Origin: an uncultured Chloroflexia bacterium
Lineage (GTDB): Bacteria; Chloroflexota; Limnocylindria; Limnocylindrales; CSP1-4
Assembly: GCA_963766735.1 (NCBI GenBank)
Contig: CAVYBU010000030.1
Coordinates: forward strand, 246,707 to 310,706
Length of the DNA stretch: 64,000 nt
Direction of reading: 5' to 3'
Numbering within the stretch: position 1 is the stretch's first letter; each line of letters opens with the position of its first letter. Shown here piece by piece: positions 58,910 to 64,000 of the stretch. Below the pieces are notes generated by a model. The model was not told the origin of the DNA. It saw only the letters and a program-made list of their open reading frames with translations, and did no database searches. A program made the translations under genes and the position numbers.

Positions 58910-59920
58910 TCAGTCGCCGATCTCGGCCACCGCCGCGCTCGCGTGTTGCGCCCCGGCGTCCGCGCCTCGCCGTGATGCCTTGTCCAGGCCCAGGAACAGG
59001 ACGCCCTGCGCCAGCAGGCTGTCCCTCGTACGGCGGAGCGTCCGGCGCGGCTGCGCCTGGAACGCAGCTGCGAACCGGCCCATCCGCCTCCGCTGCAGCT
59101 GGATGGTGTCCATCCACCATGCGGTACGGAGGAACGCGAAGGGATCCGCGCGCCGCCACCACCACGGCACAGCCGACCAGATGAACACGAGGTAGTCGGC
59201 CCTGAACGGCCGCTGCCCGAACCCGAACAGCACCTGCAGCTGGACGATCGTCACGGGCAGCATGAGGATCGAGAGCAGCATCGACAGCGCCAGGAACACC
59301 AGGCCCCAGCCGCGGGCGCGCCGGGGCAGGACGAACCACAGCGGCGCCGGGACCCACTTCATCCATGTCGCCAGACCCCAGATCAGCCCGCCGACCCGGC
59401 CGCTGGTGAACTGTGCTCCAAACAGCGCCAGCGCCAGCAGCAGGTTGATGTTGCCGGTGTCGAGGTTGGCCTCCATGGGGAACCACAGCAGCGCCACGAG
59501 GATCGCCGTCGGCAGCGGGCGGCGGGTGTATGCCCAGCGGATGGACCACAGCAGCAGGAGGATCGTCCCGCCGCGCCAGACGAACCACGCGACGTCCCAC
59601 GGCAGGAGCGCCCAGGGAGCGAACAGCGGCAGCATCCAGGGGGCGTAGACGTAGGGCAGGAACGGTCCGAGGGGATGGTACGGGTCGCCGCCCTCCAGCC
59701 AGAGCCGCACCGCCGCCCAGTACGCCTGGGCGTCCGCCCCGCCGGTCTCGCCTCGGGCGGCCATCCCCGCCAGGGCGATGGCGAACAGGAAGGACAGGGT
59801 CAGCATCGCCGCCAGCCGGCGCGGCTCGCGGATGCGGACGGTCTCGCGGCGCAGCGCGCGGCGAATGACCCCGGTGCGTCTCGACTCGCGACGGGGGATC
59901 GGGCGCGCGGTGCTCATCAC
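58910..59920 (-). CDS. GT87 (DUF2029) polyprenol-phosphate-dependent glycosyltransferase
   Basis: D..AY, DPY, YVYAP, GNIN, K..P, multiple TM segments. Confidence 0.8.
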   Translation of the reverse strand: MMSTARPIPRRESRRTGVIRRALRRETVRIREPRRLAAMLTLSFLFAIALAGMAARGETGGADAQAYWAAVRLWLEGGDPYHPLGPFLPYVYAPWMLPLFAPWALLPWDVAWFVWRGGTILLLLWSIRWAYTRRPLPTAILVALLWFPMEANLDTGNINLLLALALFGAQFTSGRVGGLIWGLATWMKWVPAPLWFVLPRRARGWGLVFLALSMLLSILMLPVTIVQLQVLFGFGQRPFRADYLVFIWSAVPWWWRRADPFAFLRTAWWMDTIQLQRRRMGRFAAAFQAQPRRTLRRTRDSLLAQGVLFLGLDKASRRGADAGAQHASAAVAEIGD

Positions 59921-60006
59921 GGGAGGGGCGGCGCTGGCATGTGCCCCCCATTCTGGCGCGACGGCGCGCCGGGCGCGCCAAGTTCGGCCCGTATACTCCC
60001 CGCACC

Positions 60007-60840
60007 ATGCCGCAGGGAACCGCGATCGTGATCGGCGGGGCCGAGGACAAGGTCCGTGACCGGGTCATCCTCGGCCGGTTTGTCGCGCTCGCCGGCGGAG
60101 CCGACGCGAGGATCGCCGTGATCTCAACGGCCTCGTCCCTGGGCACGGAGGCGGGCCAGCGGTACCGCGAGGTCTTCACGGAGCTGGGGGCGGCGGACGT
60201 CCACCCGCTCCACGCCGTCACCCGGATGCAGGCCAACGACGAGTCCATCGCCGCGGCCGTCAGCGACGCGACCGGCATCTTCATGACCGGCGGCAACCAG
60301 CTGCGGCTCTCGTCGATGATCGGTGGCACGAGTCTCGCCGATGCAATCCTGGCCCGGTTCAGGGAGGGTGCGGTGGTTGCCGGCACCTCTGCCGGGGCCT
60401 CTGCCATCTCGAGCCACATGATCGCCTTCGGCGCCTCGGGCGCCACGCCCAAGCACCGCATGGCTCAGATCGCCGCCGGCCTGGGGCTGCTCCCGGGGGT
60501 CATCGTGGACCAGCATTTCCAGCAGCGGAACCGCCTTGGACGTCTGCTCAGCCTCATCGCCCAGAACCCGATGCTGCTGGGCCTGGGCGTGGACGAGGAC
60601 ACGGCGGGCGTGGTGGGACCCGACAAGGTGATGGAGGTCATCGGGAGGGGGTCGATCACGGTCGTGGACGGCGCCGCCTCCGATACCGACGCCTGGGAGA
60701 TCCGCGGCCATCGCCCCCTGATGATCAGCAACGTCACGCTGCACAGCCTGCCAGAGGGCTACCGGTTCGACCTGGATCGCCGCACGCTCGTCGCCACGCC
60801 GGCCATCACGCCGGTCCAGGGAGACACCGTCCCGAGTTGA
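60007..60840 (+). CDS. cphB: Cyanophycinase
   Basis: IGGAEDK, GGNQ.RL, GTSAGA, DQHF.QRNR.GRL, DEDT. Confidence 0.95.
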   Translation: MPQGTAIVIGGAEDKVRDRVILGRFVALAGGADARIAVISTASSLGTEAGQRYREVFTELGAADVHPLHAVTRMQANDESIAAAVSDATGIFMTGGNQLRLSSMIGGTSLADAILARFREGAVVAGTSAGASAISSHMIAFGASGATPKHRMAQIAAGLGLLPGVIVDQHFQQRNRLGRLLSLIAQNPMLLGLGVDEDTAGVVGPDKVMEVIGRGSITVVDGAASDTDAWEIRGHRPLMISNVTLHSLPEGYRFDLDRRTLVATPAITPVQGDTVPS

Positions 60841-61057
60841 CGGCGGCAGCACCTGTTGCCCGGGCCTATTCCACGACGCCGCCCCGTGCACGCCCCGGGC
60901 AGATGCCCACAGGGTGAGCGTCCGCCGGTCGAGCGTCCATCGACCGGCGGATCCACTCGGGCGCGAACCGCCCCCGCCTGGGCCCCGGAACCGGGCCGCA
61001 CGATCGCTCATCGCGCCGCGTACACTCCGGGTCCCACGGCACGCGAGGAGGGACCAG

Positions 61058-63925
61058 GTGGCGAAGGCGGATCCCGCTTCTCGAAAGCGGACAAGGAAGA
61101 CGCGGGCGCCATCTGCCGGCGAGGCGGGGGATCCCGCCGCCGAGCCCGTCCCCGATCCCGCCACTGCACCCACCTCCGGACCCGCGCCCAGCCTGCGCAT
61201 CCTCGACACCCGGGTCATGCGCGGCCCCAACTACTGGGCCCGCGAGCCCATCATCCGCCAGGTCGTGGACCTCGGGATCCTCGAGGAGTGGCCCAGCAAC
61301 ACGATCCCCGGGTTCGTGGACGCGCTCGTGGAGCTGTTGCCGACCCTGGAGGACCACGCCTGCTCCCTGGGCCGCCGCGGGGGCTTCATCACGAGGCTTC
61401 GGGACGGCACGTGGGCCGGCCACATCGCCGAGCACATCGCGCTCGAGTTCCAGAACCTGGCCGGCACGGAAGTGCGTCACGGCAAGACCCGCGGCACCGG
61501 CGAGTACGGCCGCTACAACGTCATCTTCGAGTACCGCGAGGAGCAGGTGGGCCGCGAGGCCGGCCGTATGGCCGTGGCGCTCGTCAACCATCTCGTGGCC
61601 CCCGAGGACCCGGACCACGCCTTCGACACGATCGTCGAGCTGGAGAGGCTGATCCGTCTCGCGGAGCGCCTTGCCTTCGGCCCGTCCACGCAGTCGCTCC
61701 TGGATGAGGCAGCCAGCCGCGACATCCCATACATGCGCCTGGACCGGTACAGCCTGGTCCAGCTGGGCCAGGGCGTCCACCAGCAGCGGATCCGGGCCAC
61801 GATGACCAGCCGGACCTCCGGGATTGCCGTGGACATCGCCTCCGACAAGAAGCTCACCAACCGCCTCCTGGACTCAGCGGGCCTGCCGGTGCCGCGTTCC
61901 GAGGTGGTCGAGACCGAGGACGACGCAGTCGCCGCGGCCCAGCGCCTGGGCTACCCCTGCGTCGTCAAGCCCCTGGACGGCAACCACGGCCGGGGCGTCG
62001 CCCTTGACCTTCGCGACGAGTCCGACGTCCGCGGCGCATTCCCGGAGGCGCTCCGCCAGAGCCGATCCCGCGACGTCCTCGTCGAGAGCTACATCACCGG
62101 CAGCGACTACCGGTTCCTGATCATCGGCGGCAGGCTCGCCGCGGTGGCGGAGCGCGTGCCGGCCAGCGTCACCGGCGACGGCGAGAGGACCGTCCGCGAG
62201 CTGGTGGACATCAGCAACGCGGACCCGCGGCGCGGTATCGGTCACGAGAAGGTCCTCACCCGGATCAAGCTGGACGAGAATGCCGAGGCAATCCTGTCCG
62301 ACCAGGGCCTGACGCCCGACAGCGTCCCGTCCGCGGGCACCCTGGTGAAGCTCGCACTCACCGGCAACATGTCCACCGGCGGCACCTCCATCGACCGCAC
62401 GATGGAGGCCCACCCCGACAACGTCGAGATCGCGGAGACCGCGGCGCGCGTCGTCGGGCTCGACATCGCCGGCATCGACTTCATCTGCCCGGACATCGCA
62501 ACCCCCGTCCGCGAGACCGGCGGCGGCATCGTCGAGGTCAACGCGGCGCCCGGCTTCCGGATGCACACCCACCCCACCGAGGGCGAGGCGCAGTACGTGG
62601 CCAAGCCCGTCATCGACCTGCTGTTCCCGTCCGGGTCGCCGGCCCGGATCCCGATCCTCGCGGTGACCGGCACCAACGGCAAGACGACCACCGTCCGGAT
62701 GATCGCCCACATCCTCAAGCTCATGGGCCGCCGGGTGGGCATGACGTCCACGGACGGCATCGTCATCGACGGGCGGATCATCAAGCGCGGCGACATGAGC
62801 GGGCCGAAGTCGGCGCAGATGGTGCTCCAGAACCCGACCGTCGACACGGCGGTGTTCGAGGTGGCCCGCGGCGGCATCCTTCGCGAGGGCCTGGGCTACG
62901 ACCGCAACGACGTTGCCGTGGTCACCAACGTCTCCGGAGATCACCTGGGCCTGGGTGGCATCGACACGCTGGGCCAGCTCGCCAACGTCAAGGGCGTGGT
63001 GGTCGAGGCCGTGCCGCGCTCCGGGACCGCCGTCCTCAACGCGGATGACGCGCTCGTCTACCGGATGGGCCGCCATTGTGACGGGCGGGTGATCCTGTTC
63101 TCGATGGCGAAGGAGAAGGGCGAGGACGGCCACGACCGCGTGATCGGGCACACCTCGCGCGGCAACGCGGCCTTCTGCCTGGAGGACACCCCTGAGGGCG
63201 AGCTGATGGTGCTGCGCCATGGGCCGCGGAAGATGCCGGTCCTCTACACGCACCTCATGCCCGGGACGTTCGGCGGACGGGCTCGCATGAACGTGGCCAA
63301 CGCGCTGGCGGCAGCCGCCGGTGCCTGGGCGGCCGGGGCCCACCTGCACGACATCCGCCAGGGCCTGCGGACGTTCACCACGTCGTTCTTCCAGGCGCCG
63401 GGCCGGCTCAACCTGGTGGAGGTGGCGGGGACGCGCGTGGTCATCGACTACTGCCACAACGTGGACGGGATGCGCCAGCTGGCCGACTTCGTCAATCGCA
63501 TGGTGGCCGAGCCCAGGGGCGGGCGATCGGGGCGGGCGATCGGGGTCATCGGGATTCCGGGCGATCGCCGCGACGAGGACCAGCGGGACTACGGTGCCCT
63601 GGCCGCGTCTGCCTTCGACGAGATCGTCATCCGCGAGGATCGGAACCTGCGTGGGCGCCGGCCCGGGGAGACGGCCGGGAACGTGGTGGAGGGTATCCGC
63701 GCAGGGAGGGCGGAGCCCGGCGGACGGGCCAGCCACGTGGAGATGATCCTGGACGAGGCGGCGGCGGTGCACGCGGCGCTCAACCGCGCGCTGCCCGGAG
63801 ACCTCGTGGTGGTCTGTGCGGACGATGCCGTGGGCGTGTACCGCGAGGCGATGGCGCTCGGCGGGCGCGCGCAGGGAGGCATGGCGTTCGCGGATCCGGG
63901 CGAGCTGGAGGCACCCCTGGGGTAG
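61058..63925 (+). CDS. cphA: Cyanophycin synthetase CphA1
   Basis: GPNYW N-domain with C-x19-HxxEH, ATP-grasp KPLDGNHGRG / EVNAAPGFRMH, Mur-ligase-like TGTNGKTT, DY.HN. Confidence 0.96.
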   Translation: MAKADPASRKRTRKTRAPSAGEAGDPAAEPVPDPATAPTSGPAPSLRILDTRVMRGPNYWAREPIIRQVVDLGILEEWPSNTIPGFVDALVELLPTLEDHACSLGRRGGFITRLRDGTWAGHIAEHIALEFQNLAGTEVRHGKTRGTGEYGRYNVIFEYREEQVGREAGRMAVALVNHLVAPEDPDHAFDTIVELERLIRLAERLAFGPSTQSLLDEAASRDIPYMRLDRYSLVQLGQGVHQQRIRATMTSRTSGIAVDIASDKKLTNRLLDSAGLPVPRSEVVETEDDAVAAAQRLGYPCVVKPLDGNHGRGVALDLRDESDVRGAFPEALRQSRSRDVLVESYITGSDYRFLIIGGRLAAVAERVPASVTGDGERTVRELVDISNADPRRGIGHEKVLTRIKLDENAEAILSDQGLTPDSVPSAGTLVKLALTGNMSTGGTSIDRTMEAHPDNVEIAETAARVVGLDIAGIDFICPDIATPVRETGGGIVEVNAAPGFRMHTHPTEGEAQYVAKPVIDLLFPSGSPARIPILAVTGTNGKTTTVRMIAHILKLMGRRVGMTSTDGIVIDGRIIKRGDMSGPKSAQMVLQNPTVDTAVFEVARGGILREGLGYDRNDVAVVTNVSGDHLGLGGIDTLGQLANVKGVVVEAVPRSGTAVLNADDALVYRMGRHCDGRVILFSMAKEKGEDGHDRVIGHTSRGNAAFCLEDTPEGELMVLRHGPRKMPVLYTHLMPGTFGGRARMNVANALAAAAGAWAAGAHLHDIRQGLRTFTTSFFQAPGRLNLVEVAGTRVVIDYCHNVDGMRQLADFVNRMVAEPRGGRSGRAIGVIGIPGDRRDEDQRDYGALAASAFDEIVIREDRNLRGRRPGETAGNVVEGIRAGRAEPGGRASHVEMILDEAAAVHAALNRALPGDLVVVCADDAVGVYREAMALGGRAQGGMAFADPGELEAPLG

Positions 63926-64000
63926 GAGGGACGACGAGACCGTCGCCGGGAGCGCGACCCGCCGTGCGGATCAGCCGCCGCGCCGCATCCCTCGGAGTGC

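Overview
Very GC-rich bacterial chromosomal segment with about 45 genes. No rRNA, tRNA, CRISPR array, integrase or transposase was recognised. The style of the secreted proteins suggests Chloroflexota or Actinomycetota, but this is an inference and no marker gene is present. Main blocks: (1) 227-5373, a SipW/TasA-like filament locus in which a second, apparently intact SipW peptidase is fused directly to a TasA-type cleavage/donor-strand motif and a HYR/Ig adhesin; this is the best candidate for an undescribed system. (2) An ECF sigma factor / zinc anti-sigma pair and lipoproteins. (3) 13455-25385, a complete CODH/acetyl-CoA synthase (Wood-Ljungdahl carbonyl branch) operon, cooC-cooS-acsB-acsC-acsV-cooC-DUF3786-acsD-acsE, ending in a MaoC hot-dog gene. 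(4) ABC transporter, BioY and peptidases. (5) DNA repair genes: an RmuC-like nuclease, Ku, LigD, and Lhr with an SOS-like box. (6) An AcuC-GNAT fusion, a NUDIX-MBL fusion and tatA. (7) Cyanophycin genes cphB-cphA. Many housekeeping genes appear to be leaderless. Several frameshifts look like read or assembly indels. All calls come from manual motif recognition; no searches were run.
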